DNA of 63,920 nucleotides, the filler included, from Octopus bimaculoides (taxonomy: Eukaryota): assembly GCF_001194135.2 (NCBI RefSeq). It is 5 parts of 5 records of this genome, joined end to end, with 100 filler letters (N's around TTAATTAATTAA, not from the genome) between each part and the next. Parts side by side here need not be neighbours in the genome. Positions count along the whole stretch, not along the records: positions 37,859 to 46,784 come from NC_068983.1; positions 46,885 to 60,103 come from NC_068998.1; 3 more parts are not named here. One strand, written 5' to 3'. The translations under genes were made by a program, and so were the position numbers. Below, in pieces: positions 39,444-52,749 of this stretch. The notes under the pieces are model-generated. The model saw nothing but the letters and a program-made list of their open reading frames with translations. It had not been told where the DNA came from and ran no database searches. The stretch's first letter is position 1; the number at the start of each line of letters is the position of its first letter.

Positions 39444-41127
39444 NNNNNNNNNNNNNNNNNNNNNNNNNNNNNNNNNNNNNNNNNNNNNNNNNNNNNNNNN
39501 NNNNNNNNNNNNNNNNNNNNNNNNNNNNNNNNNNNNNNNNNNNNNNNNNNNNNNNNNNNNNNNNNNNNNNNNNNNNNNNNNNNNNNNNNNNNNNNNNNNN
39601 NNNNNNNNNNNNNNNNNNNNNNNNNNNNNNNNNNNNNNNNNNNNNNNNNNNNNNNNNNNNNNNNNNNNNNNNNNNNNNNNNNNNNNNNNNNNNNNNNNNN
39701 NNNNNNNNNNNNNNNNNNNNNNNNNNNNNNNNNNNNNNNNNNNNNNNNNNNNNNNNNNNNNNNNNNNNNNNNNNNNNNNNNNNNNNNNNNNNNNNNNNNN
39801 NNNNNNNNNNNNNNNNNNNNNNNNNNNNNNNNNNNNNNNNNNNNNNNNNNNNNNNNNNNNNNNNNNNNNNNNNNNNNNNNNNNNNNNNNNNNNNNNNNNN
39901 NNNNNNNNNNNNNNNNNNNNNNNNNNNNNNNNNNNNNNNNNNNNNNNNNNNNNNNNNNNNNNNNNNNNNNNNNNNNNNNNNNNNNNNNNNNNNNNNNNNN
40001 NNNNNNNNNNNNNNNNNNNNNNNNNNNNNNNNNNNNNNNNNNNNNNNNNNNNNNNNNNNNNNNNNNNNNNNNNNNNNNNNNNNNNNNNNNNNNNNNNNNN
40101 NNNNNNNNNNNNNNNNNNNNNNNNNNNNNNNNNNNNNNNNNNNNNNNNNNNNNNNNNNNNNNNNNNNNNNNNNNNNNNNNNNNNNNNNNNNNNNNNNNNN
40201 NNNNNNNNNNNNNNNNNNNNNNNNNNNNNNNNNNNNNNNNNNNNNNNNNNNNNNNNNNNNNNNNNNNNNNNNNNNNNNNNNNNNNNNNNNNNNNNNNNNN
40301 NNNNNNNNNNNNNNNNNNNNNNNNNNNNNNNNNNNNNNNNNNNNNNNNNNNNNNNNNNNNNNNNNNNNNNNNNNNNNNNNNNNNNNNNNNNNNNNNNNNN
40401 NNNNNNNATATATATATATATATATATAGCATAAAATAATCATCCAGTTGTATAGAAACATCTTTCATGCAGAAACGTGATAGGTTATCTACTATGTCAA
40501 TGTATCTCATATTTGTTCGTATGTGGTGATACATAGAAATACGCACTTATTACACTAAATGCATATTTTCCAGAACACCCGTACTTATATATTCACAATC
40601 ACATGTAAACATTCTGTATATTCTGTATATATGCACGGATACAGAGGATTTTATCTAATTCTATGCAGATATTTCTTTGTCATGGAAATATTTTTAGTGT
40701 TATAATCCTGAAAATTGATATGCGTATAACAAGGTGCTGCAATTTATAAACATAGGTTTTAGAAACTATTCACATTCGTGACTTGAATTTTAATCAGTTA
40801 TGTTGCCGTTTTCCGTACCGTTTAAGGGCACAACTCAATGTTTTGTACGTTAGATGTTTGTGGCCTTTAATGTAGAAACAGGTTTACGGCTTCAAAAATT
40901 ATTAACGTGCCGGCCTGAAAGCAAGAAATATGAATTAGATGTATACATTAAAAATAACGCAAAGATATATGACGAACGAAAACAGGTTTATGGGAAGAAA
41001 ACAAAGAGTGAGAAAAATATGTAGCAAATATATAAATCACATAAGATTTAAAAAAAATATGCGTGTGTATATGTTATATTAACATATAGAAACATTAATC
41101 TGAATGTGTATTTCTTACACCTCCCCG

Positions 41128-41263
<136 letters not shown>

Positions 41264-42776
41264 TGTGAGTGTGTGAATATGTATGTACATATACGAATAT
41301 ACACACATATATATGTATATATGTGTGTGTATAGGTATATGAATATATCTATGTATATTGTACAATTTCTTACGCATGTAGGTACATGTATACATAGGCA
41401 TACCTACGTACTCACTTTCATCTATATACGTATGCGTATGCACATGCATAGAAGTATATGCAAACTTACATAGAGACACACATACGTATCGATAGCGGAT
41501 AGTGCCTTGGTTGCTGACACAAATATCTCATTTGCTCAAAATCTTTCAATAAATATTATGGTATGGAGGATTCATGTTTGTAGTTCAGCCATTCAATAAG
41601 TTCCTAAATTAAAGCTTTTGCTCCTCCATCGCTACCTTCATCATTGGCAGAGGATAAATATGTTACTCATAATCAACCAACTTGTGTGTTTTCACTTGTT
41701 AAGTGGTTTACTTCATTTCAGAAAAATAAAAGAAGTTTTCGATTAGTTAAAATGGCAGAATATGGTTTGATTCTTCACTGTCATTTTCCGTGCTATCAGC
41801 ATATTCATTCTTATACTTGTGTTAGCTGTTTTTGTTATGTTGCCAGTTGTGTTCAGTGAGAAGTTGAATAGGATCTTGCGTATCAGACTTTTATGATTTA
41901 TAAAATATATCAAAGTCATATTTCCAACCTTTGCACAAGAAAGTGGAGCTGCAGAAAAAAACATCAAGCATAGGCATAGTAAAGAAATTACTGGCGTGAT
42001 TATGTAAGAGAGCACAATTTTCAATCGTATGGTTTGTTTGCACTGAATAAGTTTATACAAGATAAATTCGTTATGCATTTACATAACTGAACAATAATAT
42101 TGCTGATTTTAACCATATTATATAAACGTAATGCTGAATTATATACGTATTGTAAATCGTTGACATGACTAAGATGCAGCTGTTTGAGTGTGAACACCCA
42201 ATCGTAGGTAAAATAATTTTATAAACCGGTAGAACTAAAATATCATCTTCGAATAAACTTCCTACTTCAACTTTGTAAAGCATGTATGTGGAAGGAATTT
42301 TTATTTCATCCGGTCAATCTTTTAATAGTAAAAGTGTCACTATGCATTAACATTCATGAAAATAATCAACGTAATTTTAATCATAACATTCACCGACATA
42401 CCAACTTATGTTAATACAGTATAGGGATCGTTTAATATTTAGGACAGGAAATAAAGAAAGATACAAAGATACAGAACATTTAGAACAATTTTTCGTGTTC
42501 TAATTAATACGAAATAAATATTCGTATATAATATATTAAATACGAACTAAATACCGTAGATCTTTAGATCATACGCCCCGTGTACACGAGAGAAAATAGC
42601 ATACTGTAGAAATCATCTGTATTATGAATTAGTCTAGGGTGAAGGTTAACGTAGACATGAAGACATTGCTGAGTTTGCATTAAATATTGCATATTTCCTT
42701 TACATCATGACCCTGGTTCAATATAGTCTTGTTTATATCATTGTAGATTATAATATCAATATATCCTCCTAATTAG

Positions 42777-43704
42777 AATGATCATTGGATCTTTTCCCTT
42801 TGAACGGCACATCGAGAAATTAATTTTCTGTAACTAAACACTTTCAAACTTCGGACACTGGCGGAACGTGTCATATAAAACATTTTTTACTCTTAGTGTT
42901 GTTCAGAAAAGTTTATATTTTTAAAGTTATTTCGTGTTAAAGTTGCCATATTTCGGTAATTTCAACCTATCAATGACGTGTATTAAGCTGAAGAAAACTA
43001 CTGCCGTTGTCTGTCAACAATAACTATCGGCAGTGTATATTTTGTTTGTCACTGTTATTTATGACATCGTTCGTGCTTTTGTATTGGTTTTAGCTTTAGG
43101 GTTTTAGGGTCAGAGTTAAGGTTTTAGGGTTAGGGTTTGGGGGTTAGGGTAGGGTTTGGGGAGTTAGGTTTAGTGTTAAGATTTTAGCGTTACGGTTACG
43201 TTTAGGATTGGAGTTTTAGGGTCAGGGTCAGGGTTGGGACTTTAGGGTTAGAGTTACGGAAAATGTGAAAAAAGAAGAAATTGGAGGAGGAGGGGGAAAA
43301 ATGTCTTTCCGAAAATAGCTGAAAAACAGGAATAAAAAAAACTAAAAGTGGTGGTACCATGAAGTAAACATGCTTCAGATACACTCGTTTATTCATACAA
43401 ACGTAACTGAGATGAAGTATGTCATAAATAACTGTGACAAACGGAATATACACCGCCGGAAGTTGTTGTTGACAAACAAAAGCAGTAATTGTTTTCATCT
43501 CGATAGACATCGTTGATTGGTTGACATTACATACGACAACTTTAACACGAAATAACTTCGAAAATACATTATTTTCTCAAAAACGCCAAGAGTAAATGAT
43601 GTTTAATGTGACATATTCTACCAATAGACGAATTTTGAAAGTGTTTAGTTGCAAAATACTATTTTTGTAAATGTGCCAGCCAAAGGGAGAAAATCCTCAT
43701 CATT
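42777..43704. mobile_element. Foldback/MITE-like element, ~290-bp inverted arms around a telomere-like core
   Basis: Arm 42777-43067 aligns with the reverse complement of 43419-43704 (e.g. caactaaacactttcaaa, aagttatttcgtgttaaagttg, gttatttatgacat). Confidence 0.85.
43085..43260 (+). repeat. Degenerate interstitial (TTAGGG)n tract
   Basis: Multiple TTAGGG, TCAGGG and TTTGGG units; G-rich on the plus strand. Confidence 0.9.
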
Positions 43705-44391
43705 GCTGTGTGAGAGACGGTAAAGTAAGTTTTTAGATGTGTGTGTGTTTGGGTTGTCTGAGATATTATTGTATTTTCGGAACATGATAGGTGTGAACAG
43801 CTTCAAGGAAATTAGTGAATGTAAGATGTTAATGCTTTGCTGTACATAATTTCTGACTGAACAAAACTTTAAACGAAACTATTTTCAAAATTAATATGCA
43901 CTAGACTTCTTTATCGAAGTTATTATTTTTGTAGAACCATACAGGTGGCGTTTACTTAAGATCCATACAGAATATTTCTAATTAATACACAGCGGATTTA
44001 AGCAGATTAGCATGAGATTTGTATATAATTAATGCTGCATAGAGGAATAAAGGAAATCAGGTATGTATAACATCAGTTTATAATGTGAGAAAATAAAGAA
44101 GAAATGACATAATACAGGATTTAAAAATAGTTTTGTAGGTATGACGATGTTTCAGTATAATTATGTTGAGAAATCAAGATAAAGAGAGAGCATATATTAG
44201 TAATATGTAAGATATTAACAACTTTTCTATATGTATGTATATATATATATGTATGTATATATATNNNNNNNNNNNNNNNNNNNNNNNNNNNNNNNNNNNN
44301 NNNNNNNNNNNNNNNNNNNNNNNNNNNNNNNNNNNNNNNNNNNNNNNNNNNNNNNNNNNNATATATATATATATATACATATATATGCTTT

Positions 44392-44680
44392 TAGGCGTGG
44401 TTGCGTGGTGAAGCTTGCTTAACAACCACAAAGTTCCAGGTTTAGTCCCGCTATATGGACGTGTGGACATTTGGGAAAGTGCCTGTTACCATAGCCTCAT
44501 GCCGAGCGAAGCCTTGTGTGTGGATTTGGTAGACGGAAACTTATCGATTCGGTAAAGGAGATGGATCGAATATATACCAGGCTTAAAAATAAGTATTGTC
44601 GATTCATTCGATCGAATATTCAAGGTGGTTACCCAGCATGGCTGCTGTCTAATGTCTGAAATAAGTAAAAGATAAAACAT
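44392..44680 (+). mobile_element. tRNA-derived SINE, family A, short variant lacking the central microsatellite block
   Basis: Head ggcgtggttgcgtggtgaagcttgc...ggtttagtcccg, ccttgtgtgtggatttggtagacggaaac, and 3' cagcatggctgctgtctaatgtctgaaataagtaaaagat. A truncated head-only copy is at 55722-55845. Confidence 0.78.
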
Positions 44681-46884
44681 AAAAGGTAAAAGAGATGATA
44701 ATCTTAAGGATGGTGAATAATTGAAGAAGAAAACTAATAATAAACGGCAAATTTGTGAAAATGATTACGAAAAGCATTTGTACATAACAAACTACAATAT
44801 CAATCAGAAATATGTTTATAGAAGCATACTTGTGTGCCATTACTGTTCTCAATTACTTTCCTTAGTTTGAATATCATTTGAAGAAATATTTGGTTGCTGT
44901 TTCAATAATAATATATCCCTGAACTCAACGGACAGCAAGGCAAATTAAAGTATCTAACATAACTGCTAAAAGGGATAAGTTGAATGCACATGAGTGCATG
45001 CCATGCTGCTAATTTCATGTGAAACACATCATGAACAAAACATTTTCATGTCAGCAAAGGTCAAAGACTATCGTCTGTTAATGTTGGTATCTAAAAGCAG
45101 ATGAACTGAGAGCTATTCTGCAAGACAAATTGAAATGAAACGGATTGTTAATCCGTTTAGACCTGTTCATTTTCACAAACTTGCATCAACAAGCAAACAA
45201 ATATTAGTAATTTTTCCTAAAACCTAATGCAACATGTATGCTACAATTAGGATATTTCAAAATAGAATTAGCGAAAAATACGTTTTAATAATGATAGATG
45301 GAATAAAGTGAACATAGATTCCCTTAAAACTAAAGGTTGTTATGAAATACCGATTTCATAATTTTTCATAATTGGTTACACATACAAATACATCTTCGAG
45401 CAAAAATCAAGGTATTTGTAGCAAAATAACTGTAGCACAATTGTTTTACCATCTTCTAAAATGAAGAAGCTTTACTACAGTCTTAAAATTTCGTCAAAGA
45501 AATATGCTAATACCAAAACAAATGACGACTTTAGATACCACCAATGTTTGCTTTGAGGGATGCACTGAAAGCAATGCAAAATTAGATATATCCTGTTTTG
45601 TTAACGGACATGGATCATTCAAATTGCATATCCTTGTACAGTAAAACTTCTTATATAACAACTCCGACTTCTGGTCATCATCAACCCCACCTTCCGGTCA
45701 TCGTTCTAGGAAAATAACAGGTTCCGAGTAGAAGCAACGCACCGTTATTCAGTTCTTTATTGGTTACAGATTGATATAGCAATCATACGGTTTGGAAGAG
45801 CAATGTGCAAAAATGAGAAATCTGTATTGAAGGCAAATAAAATAGTAAGAAATCCTAAGGCAAAGTAGAAGTTACAGCAGAAATTCCCGGACAAAATACG
45901 GAAACTGTATTGTGCATTCCTAACTTTGTAACAGTTCATTGTTGGTGCTTCATTGTAATTCGTATGAAAACAAATCCTAAAAGAATTTTGATTTTAGATG
46001 ACCTAAAGGAACTAGTTTGGTCTGTTGCATTTCTGTCTCTGATTTTTCATTATCATTTGAGGCTACATATATATTAAATAGTGGTTATTTAAATGGAACA
46101 TGTTTAATAATATCTACTTGAATTAAGAATGAGCTTTTATTATTGAAGTCTTAATTGTTTGCACCAATACAGAGTACGGAAGAAAGGAGAAGGTCCCTGA
46201 TTGTCCGCGGGGAGTCGAATCCATGTTGGCTACATTGCAATAAACACAATTCTATATTAGACATGCACTTTATTAGGCGCCTCCATGACAAAACCGTATA
46301 TCTCACATAGCACACGTGTTTCAATAACGAGCCATACAATGCACTTCGCTATGGTCTGTCGCAAATGTATAATAGCAAATACTTTAGACGAAATAGAAAG
46401 AATAAAAGGTATTTGAAAGTGAAAGTGCCCGCATGAAAAATAATGATAAAACAGCTGAAACGAATGGAACCTGGACAGATGTCACGTGGCATTTTATAAC
46501 TGTTAAAATAATAACAATTAAACACTTAAAATGCATTACCTTATACCCTTAGACAAAATATTAATATAAATGAGAAAATTCCAAATAATACATCTCTCAG
46601 ATAATGCTAGGCCTTACACTCTGAAATGAATGAACGGTTAATGACTAGGAATAGAAAATATATAAGTCGTTTGCTTTTATAATGTTTGTGGTGATCATGA
46701 GGAGTATTTTGGGGAAACCGAAGAAATGCAAAGACAGTCATAATATGGAATAATTTATGGTACATATATATATATATATATATANNNNNNNNNNNNNNNN
46801 NNNNNNNNNNNNNNNNNNNNNNNNNNNNTTAATTAATTAANNNNNNNNNNNNNNNNNNNNNNNNNNNNNNNNNNNNNNNNNNNN

Positions 46885-46919
<35 letters not shown>

Positions 46920-47580
46920 ACACACACACAATCACACACACACATGCACACATATATATGTATCAATATGTTTGTATATGTATAGGTATGAAGAGAGAGA
47001 ATGAGGAAGAAAAAAAAGCAAAATAATGACGTTCCTACATCACTTATACCTATATTCTGCGCACAAATAGTAATGCTAATTCAGAAATAATCAACATAAA
47101 GCTACTTACGGAAAACGACAAGGAAAATGAGGATAAAATATTTCATTGTCTAATTTCGTGATGAAAACTTCATATTATGTCGACTTACACGTAGCGATTT
47201 CACTTATAATTTAGTATGTTGTAACATGTGTTTCAACTGATGACGAAGGCATGTAAATTTGATCAATGACATGCTAGCATAATACATCTTCATGTATCAA
47301 GTAAAGTTGATTTTAACTTACAATTGTTTACACAAGCCATTACAGATACCTTACTAACAGCTTTACACAATTGGTCTATTGATCAGCTGACAAAAATTGA
47401 ACGAGCCCCCAAAATTAATGCTACTTTCGTCAGAGCCATTTCTGGTTATATATATATATATATATATATATTACGGAGATGTATTTGCATGGCAAATGAC
47501 TTGATCTGAGATCGTGTGCTGAAACAAAAATAATTGCAGCGTGGAAGATGTTCATAAGCCATTTAAGAACACACACACAC

Positions 47581-47633
<53 letters not shown>

Positions 47634-47672
47634 ACAACCGTCAAATTCACTTTAACATTTAAATTTAATTAG

Positions 47673-47719
47673 TGTCAAAATATTTTAGTCGCTTTGAAAC
47701 CGCGACCTGTTCACTGACA
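47673..47719 (-). ncRNA. Hammerhead-like motif with non-canonical core (G3/C8), probably inactive in this copy
   Basis: UGUCA-GUGAACA-G-GUCGC gguuucaaa GCGAC-UAAA-auauuu-UGACA: stems I and II are perfect 5-bp helices at hammerhead spacing; the core deviates from consensus. Confidence 0.45.
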
Positions 47720-47769
47720 AAACTTCGTGCGGACAAAACGCTAAATCTTTAATCTCTCCCTCCTTGGAA

Positions 47770-48230
47770 ACGTATACCAATCACATTTTCAAGAAAAAAC
47801 GGGAAATCTTGACTCCTTTCCCCTGGAAACTTACATCAACCTCATTTAGTAAATGCATTATTAGCATGAAAGACCACAAACCTAACTTCTCCACTAAGCC
47901 TTCTATCAGACAGTTCTGACCCACTAAATCAGACTTGGATCGAATTAGTTAATGCATTATGGAGCGTATTGTACAGCTATTTATGACTAACGTTAAGGTT
48001 CCGCTCAGGAATTGTACCGGCAATGTCAGTGCTTGTTTTCACTCTGTTCTTCATAAACACACACTAATTTCCTCCAGTTTTACATCTCAAATTATTATTC
48101 TTCAGTATCACCGTCCCTCTTTAACCTTCGCTTGAAAGTACACACCCATTTCTCAATCTGATACTGATATCACCGTGGCTGCCAGGAAGACTCTAATTCA
48201 CACATCTACTCATCTTTTGCGCGTTTTATT
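47770..48230 (+). mobile_element. Decayed Penelope-like element, RT N-terminal fragment
   Basis: MKDHKPNFSTKPSIRQF*PTKSDLDRIS*CIMERI (ATG 47866) and, after a frameshift, FLQFYISNYYSSVSPSLF (RT motif A, FxxFDIxxFYPSI-like). Confidence 0.72.
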
Positions 48231-48560
48231 AAATCTATGTAATCCCATAACTATAAGTATCCTTAATTACAACTAGACTTGAGGTAAGGAGATTAAAATT
48301 AACCTTAAGGTAAACAGCCTATATACACAACCTCGCAAAATGTTACCTATACCCTATCCTGGTCCAGCGCAAGTGAGTCCCCCCCCCATGCAACACAAAC
48401 ATCTGTATCTGTGAATTATGTTTAAGACAATCATTAACCATTCTTTACTACCGCAAAACATATTAAGCAACACTAATAATAAATCAAAAAACATAAAAAT
48501 AGAAATAGACAAGCTTTTGACGGTTTTATAGACATTTCAAAATTATAATTCTATAATGCT

Positions 48561-48590
48561 AGGTGTTTCCATTATTTTGTCCAACCCCTG
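48561..48590 (-). mobile_element. Solo Tc1-like terminal inverted repeat
   Basis: The reverse complement reads TA|CAGGGGTTGGACAAAATAATGGAAACACCT, a Tc1-type terminus; no partner end found. Confidence 0.5.
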
Positions 48591-51500
48591 TATATACATA
48601 TTTTATATTTGATCTAATTAATTTCTTTGATATAATTGAAGTGTCTTATTTGTTTATCTGCATAATTGCTTCTATACCTACTCAAGTTAATCCATCATAG
48701 CTTTCTTCACTTTTCGGAACGATCCCCGTGAAGACATGGGAGTTTAAGCTTCAGTCTATTGAGCACTACTAAATGTCTTCTATACGGAGGTTATCAGGAC
48801 CTTATCTGAGAACTATATGTGTGGGTGTATGTGAGTATGTGTGTGTGAGTGTGTTTATGTGNNNNNNNNNNNNNNNNNNNNNNNNNNNNNNNNNNNNNNN
48901 NNNNNNNNNNNNNNNNNNNNNNNNNNNNNNNNNNNNNNNNNNNNNNNNNNNNNNNNNNNNNNNNNNNNNNNNNNNNNNNNNNNNNNNNNNNNNNNNNNNN
49001 NNNNNNNNNNNNNNNNNNNNNNNNNNNNNNNNNNNNNNNNNNNNNNNNNNNNNNNNNNNNNNNNNNNNNNATATATATATGTATATATATATGTTTATAT
49101 GTATATAAGTACACATACACATATTGGGTCATCCCATAAATAATACCGTTTTTTATACTTCGAAATATAGCATATATGCCTATCACCCATTTTTTCATCT
49201 TCCATCTCATTGTTTGTTTACATCTAACGTCTCGGATAAGAAACATCGAAACGATCATTCCTGGTTGTAATTTCTCCGTATCATAACATGCAATATAGCA
49301 ACACGGATGGAAGACATTATTGTTTTCATTTTAGATTTGCTTTGCGAGAGCTTTTAAATACTACTCTTATTGGAACATACATCTCGGCTTTATATATAAG
49401 GAAATTGTTATTAAAGCCATGTTGAAATATTTTTTAATACCAGGCATAGAGTTTCTTGAATATATTATTTATGTTTTCAGATGTCTGTATTGTTGTACTT
49501 GGAGTTCATATTTGCAAAGAAAGTAGGTGTAGGACTTCTCTTCGTGTTTAGCTGTTATTTATTTATGAGTCATAGTAACTCCTGAGGGTCTAGTTATTCT
49601 GGGTCTACTGTGTCTGTCAGATTACAATTTATGTTACGATAATGCTACTTCTAGTTTAATGTAGAATTTGCGGATTACAATGAAACGTACAACAATTACT
49701 CCTTTTCTTAATATTATTCATTCTGCTTTATGGCACCATTTTCATCCAGGATGAATATTTCGAATGTTACATTTAAAACGATTTGAAAATTACAAAAATT
49801 GACATAGAAAAAATCGATGAAATCACACAAAGTTATTTTAATCTAAAGTTACAGAATACTGTGTAGAACATTAAAAGATATCCTCAGTGTTACGTAGAAA
49901 ATTGTAGACACCTGTAGTAAAGCTGGTCTCTTGCAATATTGGGTTTTCACCCCTACGACTCATCTCATTGAATGACGTCTTTAAAATAATACACATACAT
50001 CGTTGTAGTGGCATCATATATACTTATATATGTGTAAGTAATAGAGTTATAGCAGCAGTTGCGAATAGTGACTGGCTCCTAACCTGTAAATGGCAGAAAA
50101 ATTTGGTTATTCAAAGTTTTATATCGACAGACATTTAATGTGATTCAGGTAAGCTATTTTATTTTGCTACTCTCAGCACTTTCATTAATATTCAATTAGA
50201 CTACGATTTTTAGTGTGCTATGAAGATAAAATATATTAATAAGGCCCACACATAATTTTATATGTTGTTCATGAGGAGATATTAAGGTGTGAAGGCTCAT
50301 GGTTAGAGCACCTGGTTGGGGTGCGTGGTTAGTGGTTAAGGTACCGATTCTGTTAATTAACTTACAAAGTAGATTCGTTCGGATTGGTACTCCTTTTTGA
50401 ACATATCTGACATAGTCTGTTTGTCTTGTGCTTATATGTCTTATTATCTGACGTAGGTTGTTAGATTCAATTTATACTCGCTGATGCTACTAATTGTTGA
50501 TGCAGAATAACAGGCCTATGCTGTGTCTTACAACTATTTTTCTTTCTATGAGAATCACCGAACCTGCTACTATGGGGTCCTTGTTCATTTGAAGGAATGT
50601 ACATTGTTATTCTTCAAAACTTTCCTTTCGAATGTTTTCCCGTCATAAACAGCATTGTCATTGAACAATTCTTCGGTAGAATTTTATTCGCAATGGCTAT
50701 GTAATGCTATTACAAATATATCGTATTTCTTATTAAAACGAATCATATTTCAGTAAAATTCATTCCAAATATTATTGTAGGGAATAACTCTAACGTATCC
50801 GTACTATAAATCTAGCACCCCATTCTTTTAACTGTTATTCCCATGCATGCTGTAATATTCTGTATATAATATAATTTACACTATCCATTATTGTAACTAC
50901 AGCATGCATGGGAATACTTCTATTTCAGTTAGGACTTTATAATGTGACTTTAACACAACAGAAACATGTTATAATACATCAATTTCAATATTTTCCTTTG
51001 GTCTATTGCAATTAAATAATAGGGAAATTATTCTCTAATACTACTGAAAAAACGATCTTTTTATGTTCCGGAGACTTTGCATATTGAGAAAGGTTTAACA
51101 TACTTTGTCACTGATAACAAAAAGAAATGTTTCAACCGTATTATAGTGGATAAAAATATATCTTTCAAATTGATGTAGTTGTAGTCAAATACTCAGCGGC
51201 AATAGAAATGTTTTGCTTACTCCAACTGTGTGACCATGGTAATTCTGAAAGGAAATGTTGAACTATTGTGAAAAGTTGGTAGTTTCAAAATGCATAATAC
51301 ATTTTCAGACATATACATATGTGAAATTTATGGTCCTCTACTGAATATAGCTGTCATAATACTATGATCGACTAAAAATCTTACAATTAAGACACAATAG
51401 ATTGTTAGAGATTATTAAAAGATTACTTCAACCATGTCCGTTCGATAAGTTTATGCTATCGCGTGAAGTCCTAAGCCACATTATTTAGCAACTAAATTCA

Positions 51501-52633
51501 GGCCTTGTACTTATAATAGAAAATATTATTTAGTATTCAATTGAAAGAAAATAAAAACGTAACTAAATAACATATTCTCTATTTCTGTGATCGATCGTTC
51601 CTTCAAGGGTGATTTTAGGCAAAATAACGATTGTTTATATTTTTACAATACAATTCTTTTTCAATCATACGTTTCTCAGTCGCTCATTGTTTTAGGCAAA
51701 AACTGAAGTAATACAAGCTACTTACCAAACACTTCTTATAATAACCATTTCTTAAATTTATTATGCAAGATCTGGATAAATATCTATTTGCCAAGTAACA
51801 TTTCTGAAATTGCGGGTAATCCCTGGGAGTTAAAAATATGAATGAAAATTATGCATTCAGGTATTCTTGTATTGTTTATATTTTTATATCAACTCTATTC
51901 TGAACACAAACTCACCTTTCATATGACTCAGTGTGATCAGAAGAATAGACCAAAATAAATACTCAGTTATTAAAAAAAAAAAACATTTCGCAAAAGAAAG
52001 GAAAAAGGAAAAGAAAACTTCTACAACGAGACAGAAACTTTAACCTCGGTGTCGGAGATCTTTAAACAACGATAGAAAAATTATACAAATGTGAATTCAA
52101 AATGGGCCAAAATAATTGTCTATTTATATGTAACTGACTGTTGCCCCAGCACAGTTTGTATTATCTTTGATATATATATATATATANNNNNNNNNNNNNN
52201 NNNNNNNNNNNNNNNNNNNNNNNNNNNNNNNNNNNNNNNNNNNNNNNNNNNNNNNNNNNNNNNNNNNNNNNNNNNNNNNNNNNNNNNNNNNNNNNNNNNN
52301 NNNNNNNNNNNNNNNNNNNNNNNNNNNNNNNNGAGAGAGAGAGAGTGTAAACCATGAATATCCCATTCAAGAGAGTAATAGCAGTTAATATAATTTGTTC
52401 AATAGATGCTTGTTTGAAAAAAAAAATGGCGTCTATATATCATTGTACAAGAAGATATAGTATATAAATCAAGCATATACTTCGTTTCATCGACTCGGAT
52501 CCATGTCAATGCATCAAGCATTTTGTTAACGATAAAGCTTTTATAAAAACAAATATTTGTCAATATAGTATTGCATACATCTTAAATGTAACACATATAC
52601 AAGCAGTAAGATTATCTATCTATCTATCTATCA

Positions 52634-52677
<44 letters not shown>

Positions 52678-52749
52678 GTCTGTCCTTCCGTCCGTCCATC
52701 CATCCATCCATCCATCCATCCATCCATCCATCCATACATACATACATGA

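Noticed and set aside
40430-40546. MRYIDIVD as the RT YxDD motif of the adjacent PLE
   Set aside because: Only one Asp follows YI, the context does not match, and it is separated from the PLE by a (TA)n tract and a gap.
45400-46380. Several 50-75 codon hydrophobic minus-strand frames (e.g. GFLTILFAF, FLLFYLPS) suggesting a membrane-protein or Cys-loop receptor pseudogene
   Set aside because: Motifs fall in different frames and the wrong order, with no Cys-loop signature; a translated search is needed before any call.
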